In this document: piece by piece, positions 10,696 through 20,126 of the stretch
Position numbering within the stretch: position 1 is the first letter of the stretch
How the letters are laid out: every line of letters starts with the position of its first letter
DNA from: an uncultured Armatimonadia bacterium
GTDB taxonomy: Bacteria; Armatimonadota; Zipacnadia; CAVVLO01
Direction: 5' to 3'
NCBI GenBank assembly: GCA_963749155.1
Contig: CAVVLO010000001.1
Coordinates: forward strand, 448,001-512,000
Length of the DNA stretch: 64,000 nucleotides
Program-made: the position numbers and the translations under genes
The notes under the pieces: model-generated
What the model saw: the letters and a program-made list of their open reading frames with translations, nothing else
Database searches by the model: none
Told to the model about the DNA's origin: nothing

Positions 10696-11601
10696 GTGGA
10701 AAAGCTGCAACTCACAAATCTGAAGACTCTCGAAGCCGAGAGTATCCACATCTTTCGCGAAGTCGTCGCCGAGTTCGAGCGCCCCGTGATGCTTTACTCC
10801 ATCGGTAAAGACTCCTCCGTAATGGTGCGTCTGGCCCAGAAGGCTTTCTATCCGGGCAAGCTGCCCTTTCCGCTATTGCATGTGGATACAGGGCTGAAGT
10901 TTCCCGAGATGTACGATTTCCGAGACAGTTTCTGCGAGGAGATCAGAGCCGACCTGCACGTCTATAAGAATGAAGAAGCCATCGCTCAGGACGCCAATCC
11001 CTGGGAGCTTGGCACGGTGCGGTGTTGCGCTCTCTTGAAGACCCAGGCCCTGCTGCAGGCCTTGCGAGCGGGAGAGCATGATGTGGCCTTCGGCGGAGCG
11101 CGCCGGGATGAAGAGAAATCTCGCGCCAAGGAGCGCATCTACTCCTTCAGAGACTCCTTCGGCCAGTGGGATCCCAAACACCAGCGCCCCGAGCTGTGGA
11201 ATCTCTATAATGGCCGCATCAAGAAAGGCGAGAGCCTTCGGGTGTTTCCTCTTTCCAACTGGACTGAACTCGATATCTGGCTTTACATCTACCTGGAGAA
11301 CATCCCCGTCGTGCCGCTGTATTTTGCCGCTGAGCGCGAGATGGTAGTCCGGGAGCAGCGCCTGATTCCCGTCTACGACACCACGCGCCTGGCCCCTGGC
11401 GAAGAGCCCGAAAAAGTGATGTGCCGCTTCCGCACGCTGGGCTGTCATCCTTGCACTGGCGCGGTGCGCTCGGAGGCGCGCACTGTGGCCGATATCGTGG
11501 AAGAGATGATGGTTGTGCGGCAGTCCGAGCGCATTACCCGGCTCATAGACCACGACCAGGACAGCTCGATGGAGCAGAAAAAGCGCGAGGGGTATTTCTG
11601 A
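10696..11601 (+). CDS. cysD: Sulfate adenylyltransferase subunit 2
   Basis: [42 protein letters not shown]. Confidence 0.97.
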   Translation: MEKLQLTNLKTLEAESIHIFREVVAEFERPVMLYSIGKDSSVMVRLAQKAFYPGKLPFPLLHVDTGLKFPEMYDFRDSFCEEIRADLHVYKNEEAIAQDANPWELGTVRCCALLKTQALLQALRAGEHDVAFGGARRDEEKSRAKERIYSFRDSFGQWDPKHQRPELWNLYNGRIKKGESLRVFPLSNWTELDIWLYIYLENIPVVPLYFAAEREMVVREQRLIPVYDTTRLAPGEEPEKVMCRFRTLGCHPCTGAVRSEARTVADIVEEMMVVRQSERITRLIDHDQDSSMEQKKREGYF

Positions 11602-13508
11602 TGGCACTGGAGAAGCTGCTCGAGCAGGCAGCCCATACCGAACTCCTGCGTTTTACTACGGCGGGCAGCGTTGATGATGGCAAATCTACCCTCATCGGGC
11701 GTCTGCTGCACGATTCAAAAAACCTTTACGAAGACCATCTGTCCGCGCTTGGCAAGGATTCGCGCTCGGCTGGCCGGGAAGAACTGGACTTCGCGCTTCT
11801 CACCGACGGGCTCAAGGCCGAGCGAGAGCAGGGCATCACGATTGATGTGGCCTACCGGCACTTCGCCACTCCCAGGCGTCGCTTTATCATCGCTGATACC
11901 CCCGGGCATGAGCAATACACGCGCAATATGGTCACGGGCGCTTCCACGGCCAACCTCGCGATTGTTTTGATTGACGCGCGTCACGGGGTGCTTACCCAGT
12001 CCAGGCGCCACGGCTTTATCGCCTCCTTGCTGGGGATCCCCCATCTTGTCGTCGCCATCAACAAAATGGATTTGGTGGATTACTCAGAGGCGACTTTCGA
12101 TGCCATCCGCCAGGAATATCGCGAGTTCTGCGCCAAGCTGCCCATCAGAGATCTGCAATTTATCCCGATGAGCGCTGTCTACGGCGACAATGTCGTCGAA
12201 CGCAGCGAGCGTATGCCCTGGTACAACGGCGCGCCCCTGCTAACGTATCTGGAGACAGTCCACATAGCAAGCGACCAGAACCTGGTGGATTTCCGCTTTC
12301 CTGTTCAATATGTGCTGCGTCCGAAGGCGGATTTTCGAGGTTATTCGGGGACCCTTGCCTCTGGTGTTGTGCGCCTGGGCGAGGAAGTTATGGCTCTGCC
12401 TTCGCGCAAAGTGGCTCGTATCACGCGCATACTGGCCGGCGATGAAGAGGTCGAATACGCCTTCCCTCCGCAGGCCGTCACACTTTGTCTCGATGAAGAG
12501 ATTGATATCAGCCGCGGAGATATGCTGGCACGACCTGCCAACCTGCCCTGGAAGGCCCAGGAGCTCGAAGCCTTGCTTATCTGGATGGATACCGAGCCAA
12601 TGCGCCCTGGCCGTGGCTATGTAATAAAGCACACCACCCGGATGGTGCGCGGGCAGATTTCCAGGCTTGAATACAAGATAGACCCCAACACCTTGCATCG
12701 GCAGCCGGCCGACCAGCTTGAACTAAACGACATTGGCCGCGTCAACCTCGAACTGCTTGGGCCTGTCCTCTGCGATGAATACGCGCGCAACCGCAGCACC
12801 GGCAGTTTCATCGTTATCGATCCCGAGACCAACTTCACTGTCGCGGCAGGGCTTATCATCGACCGCCTGCACAAAATGAGCGCTACCGGTGAGGCGCCTG
12901 CAAGCCAGCTCAACCTTACGCGCCATTACGGGCATGTCTCAAAGGAACAACGCGAAAGACTGTTTGGTCACCGGCCCGTTACACTGTGGCTTACAGGGCT
13001 TAGCGGAGCGGGCAAGTCAACGCTTGCTTACGCGCTCGAGCAGCGCCTTACCGAAGCTGGCCACGCTTGTTTTGTGCTCGATGGGGATAATGTCAGACAC
13101 GGGTTGAATCGCGACCTGGGCTTCTCTCCGGAGGATCGCAGCGAAAACATCAGGCGTATCGCCGAGGTCGCCAAACTCCTAAACGAGGCGGGCCTGCTGG
13201 TCATCACCGCCTTCATCTCTCCCTATCGCGAAGATCGTCAGGGCGCGCGGGAGATAATCGGCGAGGAGCGTTTCCTTGAAGTATTTGTAGATGCTTCACT
13301 TGCCACTTGCGAGCAGCGCGATACCAAAGGCCTTTACGCCAAGGCGCGCGCGGGGGAGTTGGCCGAATTCACTGGCATCTCTTCCCCTTACGAGCCGCCA
13401 GCCAGTCCCGATATCCATCTCGAGACCGACCGGCAGTCCTCGGAAGAGTGCCTTGACGCGGTATTTGTATATCTCCAGCAGGCCGAAATATTCGAGCAAG
13501 GCAACTAG
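11601..13508 (+). CDS. cysNC: Bifunctional sulfate adenylyltransferase subunit 1 / adenylylsulfate kinase
   Basis: GSVDDGKST and [13 protein letters not shown]ase motifs; C-terminal [12 protein letters not shown] and [13 protein letters not shown] kinase. Confidence 0.97.
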   Translation: MALEKLLEQAAHTELLRFTTAGSVDDGKSTLIGRLLHDSKNLYEDHLSALGKDSRSAGREELDFALLTDGLKAEREQGITIDVAYRHFATPRRRFIIADTPGHEQYTRNMVTGASTANLAIVLIDARHGVLTQSRRHGFIASLLGIPHLVVAINKMDLVDYSEATFDAIRQEYREFCAKLPIRDLQFIPMSAVYGDNVVERSERMPWYNGAPLLTYLETVHIASDQNLVDFRFPVQYVLRPKADFRGYSGTLASGVVRLGEEVMALPSRKVARITRILAGDEEVEYAFPPQAVTLCLDEEIDISRGDMLARPANLPWKAQELEALLIWMDTEPMRPGRGYVIKHTTRMVRGQISRLEYKIDPNTLHRQPADQLELNDIGRVNLELLGPVLCDEYARNRSTGSFIVIDPETNFTVAAGLIIDRLHKMSATGEAPASQLNLTRHYGHVSKEQRERLFGHRPVTLWLTGLSGAGKSTLAYALEQRLTEAGHACFVLDGDNVRHGLNRDLGFSPEDRSENIRRIAEVAKLLNEAGLLVITAFISPYREDRQGAREIIGEERFLEVFVDASLATCEQRDTKGLYAKARAGELAEFTGISSPYEPPASPDIHLETDRQSSEECLDAVFVYLQQAEIFEQGN

Positions 13509-14227
13509 TCGTAGCCCAGCTCGCGCATATCCGCTTGCAGGAAGTCGAAATCGCGGTGGTTTACGTCTTTTTGCCAGCGCCCAACCGCTTCTGGCCTTAC
13601 TTCAATCCTGGCCAGGGGTATGCCCAGGAAAGCTTCAAGCCTCTCAAGAGTCTTTTCCTGTTCCAGCACAAAATCCTCGAAGCGCACATCAATCGTATAC
13701 TTCGGCTGAGGGGTGGCCTTAACGATCTCGCGCTGATATTTCCAGCTCATCGCGCGATTGCGCAGCACGTCATCGGTCTTGTCATACGGCACGCCGAAGT
13801 CGGCCAGATCATCCGTCATATGAGCGCCCAGGATGGAATCTCTGGGGTCGCGAGTCCAATGGATGTAGCGGATCTCCGGAAACATCCTGCTTATCCACGG
13901 GTAGATGAGCGTGGTCTCCGGCAGCTTCCAGCCCTTGTTTTCGGCCTCACTGCCCAGCACAGAGGCCAGATATGACTCCACCAGGCGAGTGAATTCCGGA
14001 TCTAGCGGCGCGGCAAGCAGCTCGGAGAAATCCCAATTGACACCGCCCAGATGCTTCACGTGGCGAGCCATAACCCGGCAGGCTTCATACAGGTCGTCAG
14101 GGGGGACCAGGTCACTCGACTTGTTAAGCTGAGCGCCCATATAGACGCCGCTCTCCACAAGCGTGTGGGAGATAGCTCGGGTGCCTCCGTGGCCCCTGCC
14201 AATAATTGTAATCATCATTTGAAGCAT
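13505..14227 (-). CDS. Sulfotransferase family protein
   Basis: IIGRGHGGT 5'-PSB-like loop, GWKLP, RDPRD 3'-[20 protein letters not shown]. Confidence 0.8.
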   Translation of the reverse strand: MLQMMITIIGRGHGGTRAISHTLVESGVYMGAQLNKSSDLVPPDDLYEACRVMARHVKHLGGVNWDFSELLAAPLDPEFTRLVESYLASVLGSEAENKGWKLPETTLIYPWISRMFPEIRYIHWTRDPRDSILGAHMTDDLADFGVPYDKTDDVLRNRAMSWKYQREIVKATPQPKYTIDVRFEDFVLEQEKTLERLEAFLGIPLARIEVRPEAVGRWQKDVNHRDFDFLQADMRELGYD

Positions 14228-14416
14228 CGCCTCGATATGCTAATTTTACCTTGTCACTCGCGGCGCTATTATGGACCCGCCCTTTGGCGAAGTAAAGCCC
14301 CTTTAAGGCTTTGTTCAAGGTACAGGACTAGGCTGAGCTACCTGCGAGGCGCGCCTGGTAAATCCGGGAGATTACAAGCCTGGCCAGTAGCAGTCTGTCC
14401 AGGAACCGCTTGACTA

Positions 14417-14822
14417 CTATTCCTTGCCGGAGCCTTCGCTTCCAGCATTTGGCTTGTGCTTGCCCTGTTCTGCCAGTTCAACGATCCGGGATTCCACTAA
14501 CTTGCGAACAAGCCCTGCCCGGCAGGGGCTTGTCAGGCTGGAATCGGATAGTACCTTTGCTGGTATCGAAGTCTTTGAGGTCAGTCTGGTGGGTTGCTAC
14601 GGTGGAAGCGCTCATTGGGTAGAGCGCGCAATGGTGCCTGGCCGCCCCGAAAAGGACCAGCAGCTTTCCGTTAAGCCTGAAGGCTGGCATCCCATAACCC
14701 AGGCCCTCGACAGCTTCCGGCGCTGCGGCCTTGATCCTTTGCCGAAGCTGTTCGAGCGCGCCTCGTTGGTCCTCGGGTAACGCCGCGAGATACTCCTCGA
14801 TGCTCGTGAACTTGCCTTTCAT
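14417..14822 (-). CDS. DUF1801 (YdhG-like) protein; frameshift near 14519
   Basis: SIEEYLAALP, YGMPAF, HCALYP, SKGTIRF; one-base fix gives DKPLPAGLVRKLVESRI ending at 14417. Confidence 0.85.
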
Positions 14823-14941
14823 ACTCGTCCTCCAGTTGGCCCCACTACCTTACAGGTCCACCTGGCTGTTTTTATGCCTTGTTTGGCCGATTCCACTTCA
14901 AGGAGTGATCTGGGGGATGGGCTTGTTCCTATTTCGCTTTG

Positions 14942-15185
14942 CTGGCCGAAGCTCAGCCTGTTTCCCCGGAGAAAGAGGCCTTGCCCTCCGTAGCCTGGCG
15001 ACGCAGTCGCCAAAGGCGAAGGGGGGTTGCCATGGGACTTCGCCAAGGCTACGTCCCACACTGGCCGAAGCTCAGCGAAGATACTCTACCGATTAGCTGG
15101 CTTTCCCCCCAAAGCTTTCCACGAAGATACTCTACCGATTAGCTGGCCTGCCAGCCGAAGCTCGCCATCGGCGAGCGAAGGCTGG
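14942..15185. repeat. Cluster of GCCGAAGCT/CGAAG REP-like hairpins and a 26-bp direct repeat abutting the tmRNA 3' end
   Basis: CTGGCCGAAGCTCAGC at 14942 and 15061; CGAAGATACTCTACCGATTAGCTGGC at 15076 and 15122; hairpin 15151-15185. Confidence 0.8.
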
Positions 15186-15532
15186 TGGAGGCGGCGGGAA
15201 TTGAACCCGCGTCCGAAAAGCAGTGCTACAGCCACATCTACGAGCGTAGTCCGCCTTTAGGTCTCGCCTGGCTCACCCAGCGGACGCGGTTTACCTGGCC
15301 AGCCCGGTTAAAGTCTCGGTCAACCGTTCGGGCCGCCAGTTGACCAACAAGCCACAGTTTTGTGACGGTTCCCCTCGCCCCCCGTGGCCGGGGCGGGTTC
15401 ACCGGCTGCTAGTTAAGCAGCGATAGCCAGATTGTCGTTGGCTTTTTTAGCTTTGCCACACTTAACGGGCGTCGTGGCCGTCCCGGCTCGCAGCAACTGT
15501 CACTTGGCAATCCGTCGAAGCCGATCGCCCCC
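15183..15532 (-). ncRNA. ssrA: tmRNA, tag reading frame ANDNLAIAA* (15413-15442)
   Basis: 5' GGGGGCGAUCGGCUUCGAC and 3' GGUUCAAUUCCCGCCGCCUCCACCA with G3-U acceptor pair; internal GCC AAC GAC AAT CTG GCT ATC GCT GCT TAA. Confidence 0.97.
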
Positions 15533-15554
15533 ACTTGCTGTTACTTCAACACTT

Positions 15555-15574
15555 ATGATAGCACATCTGTTCCG
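15555..15574 (-). promoter_or_regulatory. tmRNA extended -10 promoter (TGcTATCAT) overlapping a LexA-like GAAC-N4-GTGC box
   Basis: Minus strand reads CGGAACAGATGTGCTATCAT ~22 nt upstream of the mature 5' end. Confidence 0.55.
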
Positions 15575-15605
15575 CTTTTGGATGGCCTTCTTGCGGTGAA
15601 CCCGC

Positions 15606-15752
15606 CTACACTTGCCCGCTCCAGCCTGCCCGAATCAGCATCACATCGAACTGCCACCAGGGCAGCTCATCCAGCCTTGGATCAAAGGGCCCCAGAAACC
15701 CATAAGCCCGCGCGACCAGCTCGCGCGCCCCAAGCTCTGGAGCCCTCATCAG
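15606..15752 (-). CDS. gpT-like -1 frameshift extension (48 aa) of the tail-assembly-chaperone-like gene; not in the ORF track
   Basis: The -1 frame after G GGA AAC reads LMRAPELGARELVARAYGFLGPFDPRLDELPWWQFDVMLIRAGWSGQV*. Confidence 0.7.
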   Translation of the reverse strand: MMRAPELGARELVARAYGFLGPFDPRLDELPWWQFDVMLIRAGWSGQV

Positions 15753-16420
15753 TTTCCCAGTTCAGCCTCGTTCCTCGGCTCCATCTCCTGATAAGCCTCA
15801 AGCAGCTTGTAGAACACCTCGGGCGCCAGTCCCCGCACTTCTTCGATCTCGGTAAAATACCGCGCGTCCTTCCCTGGCTCGAAGGTCGCCCGCAGCACTA
15901 CCTCGTACTCCCACTCTTCAACGAAAGCCAGTTTGGCCAGCTCGAGGCGACGCGCTTCCACTAGTCGCGCGTCCAGTTCGCCCTCTTCCAGCCTCACCAG
16001 TTCTTCCTCCAGCGCCTCTCTTACCGCCTGCCCATACTGCGCGCGCTTCTCGGCGACTGTTTTGAGTCTCTCCTCGTACCCCTTCTCGGCTTCTTCAAGC
16101 TCTGCTTCGCTTGCGCAGAAGCCCTTCGCTGGATCCCCCAGGGCAGGTTTCGAGGGGGTGGGGAAGCGATGTGACGCTTCCTCCTCGATCACCGGCATCT
16201 GCGCGGCCACGAGATAGCCTGCCTTCTTCTCCGACCGCCACGCAAGCGCCAGATCGTCCCTTGCTTCTTCCAGCCGCGCATCGGCTCGCTCCAGCGCGCT
16301 TCTCAAGGCCGCCTCTCGAGCGGCAACCCCGAGGGTGCGCAATTCTACTGCCTCCACTCCGCCAGCCCCATCCTCAAGTTCCAGCACCTGCTTCGTCCTG
16401 TAGAACTCGCTCAGCCGCAT
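15749..16420 (-). CDS. Phage tail assembly chaperone (gpG)-like protein
   Basis: Acidic helical 223 aa; N-terminal VELRTL strand; C-terminal FTEIEEVRGLAPEVFYKLLEAYQEM; ends CTG GGA AAC TGA slippery site. Confidence 0.65.
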   Translation of the reverse strand: MRLSEFYRTKQVLELEDGAGGVEAVELRTLGVAAREAALRSALERADARLEEARDDLALAWRSEKKAGYLVAAQMPVIEEEASHRFPTPSKPALGDPAKGFCASEAELEEAEKGYEERLKTVAEKRAQYGQAVREALEEELVRLEEGELDARLVEARRLELAKLAFVEEWEYEVVLRATFEPGKDARYFTEIEEVRGLAPEVFYKLLEAYQEMEPRNEAELGN

Positions 16421-16444
16421 CGTTTGCCCCTTTCTGCTTCAGCG

Positions 16445-17485
16445 CTACCTTACCGCTGTCGAGATCGTCGACTTTGCGAACGCCATATCGTTCGCCAGTT
16501 CTCTTCCAATCGCCGCGCCTGCATCCCTCGCCACCTTGCCCAGGTTGCCCGAGTAGTCCTGCAGGTTCACGATTACCGTCGGACTCGCTTTGGTGCTGCT
16601 TGCGCTTGTCCCCCCCGACATCGACAGGTTGTACAGGTACGGCGCGCTGTCCCACGTCTGGGGCGCGTTGTAAGCCTTCCCAACCTGTGACTTCGGTTTG
16701 CTCGATTTGCTGCCCCCGCCAAACAAGCTGAGCCCCAGCCCGACAACCGCGCCCACCGGCCCGCCAAGCGCGAACCCCTGCAACGCTCCCGACAGGGGCG
16801 ACAGTCCCCCGCTCTGAGCCTGGGTGTACATATCCGCCAGCCCGAACACCTGAGGCCACGTCCGGTCGCCGCCGATCCCGAAACCCGACAGGCTCCCCGC
16901 CTTTGAGAACTGCTGGCTGATCTGCTGGAACCATCCCTGCTGCCCCAGGCTTGCCTGAAGCTGGTTCGCCATCAACGTCCGAGTGCCGAAATACCCCCCT
17001 CGACTGTTGCCGAGGGCCATCGAGGCTAGCGCCTGCCCCAGGTATCTGTCCGCTGCCGTGCTTGCGGAGGCCGGCTTCTTGCCCGCCGCATCCGGCCCCC
17101 CAAGTTCTGGGATGTCTCCCGCCGCTGTTGCCGCCCACTGGCCTGCTCCCCCTGCCTTGCCACTCTGCCCACTTGCCAGGCCAGGCGCAGCTCCTACCGC
17201 ATCTGCCTGTGGAACACGCCACAGGTCCTTGCCTCCGCTCCCGATGCCGCCACCGCCGCTACTAGCGGCCACCTTCCGCAGCGCCTCCGCGAGCAAGCCT
17301 TCCAGCGAGCCTGTGCTCCGCTGCCAGCTCCCAGGCGATTCTGTGCCCACACCATTTTGCGCCAGCCGCTGGTTTGTCCGCCTCAGTTCCTCCGCAAGCC
17401 GACCGAAAGCCCCCTCGTTCAAGCTTCGCACGCTCTCGGTTAACTCGCCCACCTTTCTCGCTACCTGGTCCTCGCTGCCTGCCAT
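16445..17485 (-). CDS. Short tape-measure-protein-like protein (346 aa)
   Basis: GGAGG RBS; N-terminal coiled coil; Gly/Ala/Ser/Gln-rich; GALQGFALGGPVGAVVGLGLSLFGGG and C-terminal TVIVNL...AIGRELA resemble tape measure C-termini. Confidence 0.55.
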   Translation of the reverse strand: MAGSEDQVARKVGELTESVRSLNEGAFGRLAEELRRTNQRLAQNGVGTESPGSWQRSTGSLEGLLAEALRKVAASSGGGGIGSGGKDLWRVPQADAVGAAPGLASGQSGKAGGAGQWAATAAGDIPELGGPDAAGKKPASASTAADRYLGQALASMALGNSRGGYFGTRTLMANQLQASLGQQGWFQQISQQFSKAGSLSGFGIGGDRTWPQVFGLADMYTQAQSGGLSPLSGALQGFALGGPVGAVVGLGLSLFGGGSKSSKPKSQVGKAYNAPQTWDSAPYLYNLSMSGGTSASSTKASPTVIVNLQDYSGNLGKVARDAGAAIGRELANDMAFAKSTISTAVR

Positions 17486-17553
17486 CTTGTCCTGCCTCCG
17501 TTCTTGCGTCTGCCTACACCCTCTTCCCAGCCGCCGCGCCAGTTCTTCACGGA

Positions 17554-17648
17554 TTGTCATATATAATGACAAAGCGCCAGCCTCCAATTGCTCCGTAAGG
17601 CAATCTATGAATCAGCGCAATGTATTTATATTGACCAACGCTTGTCAA
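17554..17648 (-). promoter_or_regulatory. Sigma70-like promoter and two palindromic operators for the tail-like module
   Basis: Minus strand TTGACA-N18-TACATT; TTGAC-N8-GTCAA at 17631-17648; TTGTCAT-N5-ATGACAA at 17554-17572. Confidence 0.55.
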
Positions 17649-17708
17649 AAACATCTTATCCTTCGCCTTTGCTGCCTGTCCCCTCTCCCTTCGGAGATAA
17701 GCCTGACC

Positions 17709-17734
17709 GGGGTGCAGGGGCAAGCTGCCCCTGC
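17709..17734. repeat. REP-like palindrome GGGGT-GCAGGGGCA-agc-TGCCCCTGC
   Basis: 9-bp perfect inverted repeat at 17714-17734. Confidence 0.55.
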
Positions 17735-17768
17735 CTGGCTGCACCGTTGCCTCGCCTTTCCGCAGGGG

Positions 17769-17797
17769 TTGAACCTCTCTTGCTTCACTGCTATAAT
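17769..17797 (+). promoter_or_regulatory. Sigma70 promoter for tRNA-Val/thrS
   Basis: TTGAAC-N17-TATAAT with extended TG. Confidence 0.8.
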
Positions 17798-17835
17798 CTC
17801 GGAACTACGTCCCTTGGGAGGCGTACCAGTTGAGT

Positions 17836-17910
<75 letters not shown>

Positions 17911-17927
17911 CTCTACTGCACTAGCTG

Positions 17928-17964
17928 GCCTGCCACCGGCAGGCAGGCCTGCCCTTTGCAGGCC
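17928..17964. repeat. Two tandem GCCTGC/GCAGGC hairpins after tRNA-Val
   Basis: GCCTGCC-acc-GGCAGGC and GGCCTGC-ccttt-GCAGGCC. Confidence 0.5.
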
Positions 17965-18051
17965 CGGCTTCCCTCGGCAGGCTGCCTCGTTTGTTGCTCC
18001 TCTTTCGTCCCGGGCGCCCAGTAGGTTCCCTTGCACAGGAGTGTGATTTTC

Positions 18052-19980
18052 TTGTCACCAGTAGTTAAAATTACCTTGCCCGATGGCGCGCAGCTTGAGG
18101 CCCCCCAGGGCGCTACATTGCTCGAAGTCATCGCCCAGATAGGCCCCAGGCTTGCCAAAGCCGCCGTTGCCGCAATCGTAAACGGCCAGCTCCGCGATGT
18201 CCGCGATGCGGTGGAAGAAGACGCCACTCTCGAGGTGCTTACAGCCAAGGATCCCCGTGCCCTCGAGGTGCTCCGTCACAGTGCAAGCCACCTGATGGCC
18301 CAGGCTGTCCGACAGCTCTTCCCTGGCACGAAGGTCGCAATCGGCCCTTCCATCGCCGACGGTTTCTACTACGACTTCGACACCGAGGTCGCCTTCACTG
18401 AAGCTGATCTCGAAGCCATCGAATCGCGTATGAACGAGCTCGCCAAAGCCGATATCCCGCTCGAACGGATGATCCTGCCCGTTGCTGACGCCATCCGGCT
18501 TTTTGAAGAGCTGGAAGAGCCTTATAAAGTCGAGCTGCTTAAAGACCTTGAGGTTGAGACGGTCACGCTCTACAGGCAGGAGTCCTTCCTCGACCTTTGC
18601 CGGGGCCCCCACGTGCAGTCCACAGGTGCCCTTGCGGCCTTCAAATTGCTCTCGGTGGCTGGCGCCTACTGGCGCGGAGACGAGCACAACAAGATGCTTC
18701 AGCGCATCTACGGCACGGCCTTCGGCGATGCTGACGGTCTGGCTAAGCACCTGAATCTGCTTGAGGAAGCCAGGCGCCGCGACCACCGCAAGCTCGGTCA
18801 GGAACTCGGCCTTTTCAGCATCCAGGAAGCCGTTGGGCCTGGCCTCGTCCTGTTCCACCCCAAGGGCGCTCTGCTTCGCAAGCTCATCGAAGATTTCGAG
18901 CGCGATATGCACCTGGCCAACGGCTACGACCTCGTCGTCACGCCCCATATCGCCAGTCAGGACCTCTGGGACACTTCTGGCCACACGAAGTTCTATACCG
19001 ACAATATGTTCTTCCTGAACGTCGAAGATCAGGATTATGTCCTTAAACCGATGAACTGCCCCTTCCACATCCTGATTTACAAGTCGTCCACGCGCAGTTA
19101 TCGCGACCTGCCGATGCGCTATTTCGAGCTGGGTACGGTCTACCGCTACGAGCGCTCCGGCGTGCTGCACGGCCTTTTGCGCGTCAGGGGCTTCACCCAG
19201 GATGACGCCCATCTTTTCTGCACGCCGTTGCAGCTTCAGGCAGAGCTTATCAAGCTCATCGCTTTCGTGAAGAATATCCTCGGCGCCTTCGGTTTTTCCG
19301 AGTATAAGGTCTATCTCAGCACCCAGCCCGAGAAGTCCGTTGGCGCCCAGGACCACTGGGATATGGCCACCGAAGCCCTGCGCCAGGCCCTTGAGGCTAC
19401 CGGCCTTGAGTACCAGGTTGATCCAGGCGAGGGCGTCTTCTACGGCCCCAAGATTGACATCAAACTTGTGGATGCCCTCGGCCGCCAGTGGCAGTGCTCG
19501 ACCCTCCAGGTGGATTTCAATATCCCCGAGCGGTTCGATGCCACCTATATCGGCGAGGATGGCCAGGAGCACCGCACGGTTATGGTCCACCGCGCCTTGC
19601 TTGGCTCTCTGGAGCGTTTCATTGGCTGCCTTATAGAGCATTACGCGGGCGCCTTCCCGATGTGGCTGGCTCCCGTCCAGGCTGTCGTCATACCCATCGC
19701 CGAGCGCCATCACGATTATGCCAAGCAGGTTGTGGCGAAACTGAAAGCCGCCAAGGTCCGAGTGACTCTTGATGCTCGCTCCGAAAGCGTCGGCTACAAG
19801 ATACGCGAGGCCCAGACCCAGAAGTTGCCTTATATGCTTGTGGTTGGCGACCGCGAAGCCGAGGCAGGCCAGGTGGCTGTCCGCCGCCGCGATGGCACCG
19901 ACGAAGGCGCGCTCGATTTGGCAGCTCTTGCTCTTCGCCTGGCCGATGAAGGCAAGGCGCCAGAGTTCACGCTGGACTAA
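18052..19980 (+). CDS. thrS: Threonyl-tRNA synthetase
   Basis: TGS domain, LRHSASH, DLCRGPH, RDHRKLG, KPMNCP, FTQDDAH, HRALLGSLERF; TTG start after AGGAG. Confidence 0.98.
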   Translation: MSPVVKITLPDGAQLEAPQGATLLEVIAQIGPRLAKAAVAAIVNGQLRDVRDAVEEDATLEVLTAKDPRALEVLRHSASHLMAQAVRQLFPGTKVAIGPSIADGFYYDFDTEVAFTEADLEAIESRMNELAKADIPLERMILPVADAIRLFEELEEPYKVELLKDLEVETVTLYRQESFLDLCRGPHVQSTGALAAFKLLSVAGAYWRGDEHNKMLQRIYGTAFGDADGLAKHLNLLEEARRRDHRKLGQELGLFSIQEAVGPGLVLFHPKGALLRKLIEDFERDMHLANGYDLVVTPHIASQDLWDTSGHTKFYTDNMFFLNVEDQDYVLKPMNCPFHILIYKSSTRSYRDLPMRYFELGTVYRYERSGVLHGLLRVRGFTQDDAHLFCTPLQLQAELIKLIAFVKNILGAFGFSEYKVYLSTQPEKSVGAQDHWDMATEALRQALEATGLEYQVDPGEGVFYGPKIDIKLVDALGRQWQCSTLQVDFNIPERFDATYIGEDGQEHRTVMVHRALLGSLERFIGCLIEHYAGAFPMWLAPVQAVVIPIAERHHDYAKQVVAKLKAAKVRVTLDARSESVGYKIREAQTQKLPYMLVVGDREAEAGQVAVRRRDGTDEGALDLAALALRLADEGKAPEFTLD

Positions 19981-20001
19981 CCAGCCCAACCAGAACGCAT
20001 A

Positions 20002-20066
20002 TTTCGGGAACTCGTTCCCGAAACCTGAACAACAAGTGGCGTGTTTCGGGAGCTTGCTCCCGAAAC
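20002..20066. repeat. Two tandem TTTCGGG...CCCGAAA palindromes (same family as 6404-6503)
   Basis: TTTCGGGAAC-tc-GTTCCCGAAA (20002-20023) and GTTTCGGGAGC-tt-GCTCCCGAAAC (20043-20066). Confidence 0.75.
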
Positions 20067-20126
20067 CTTTTAGTCTGGCTGCCTTCCGAATTGCCTTGAC
20101 TCGCGCCTTTCAGGGCGCCAGGCTAG

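Noticed and set aside
15076..15147. 26-bp direct repeat with 20-bp spacer as a mini-CRISPR
   Set aside because: Two copies only, the spacer resembles the neighbouring REP-like unit, and there are no cas genes
15533..17835. Intact prophage or integrative element between tmRNA and tRNA-Val
   Set aside because: No integrase, att duplication, capsid or replication genes; only 2.3 kb
17911..18051. T-box upstream of thrS
   Set aside because: Too short, with no stem I motifs, TGGNACC or terminator
18055..19989. 644-aa antisense ORF
   Set aside because: Mirror frame of thrS caused by GC-rich codon bias
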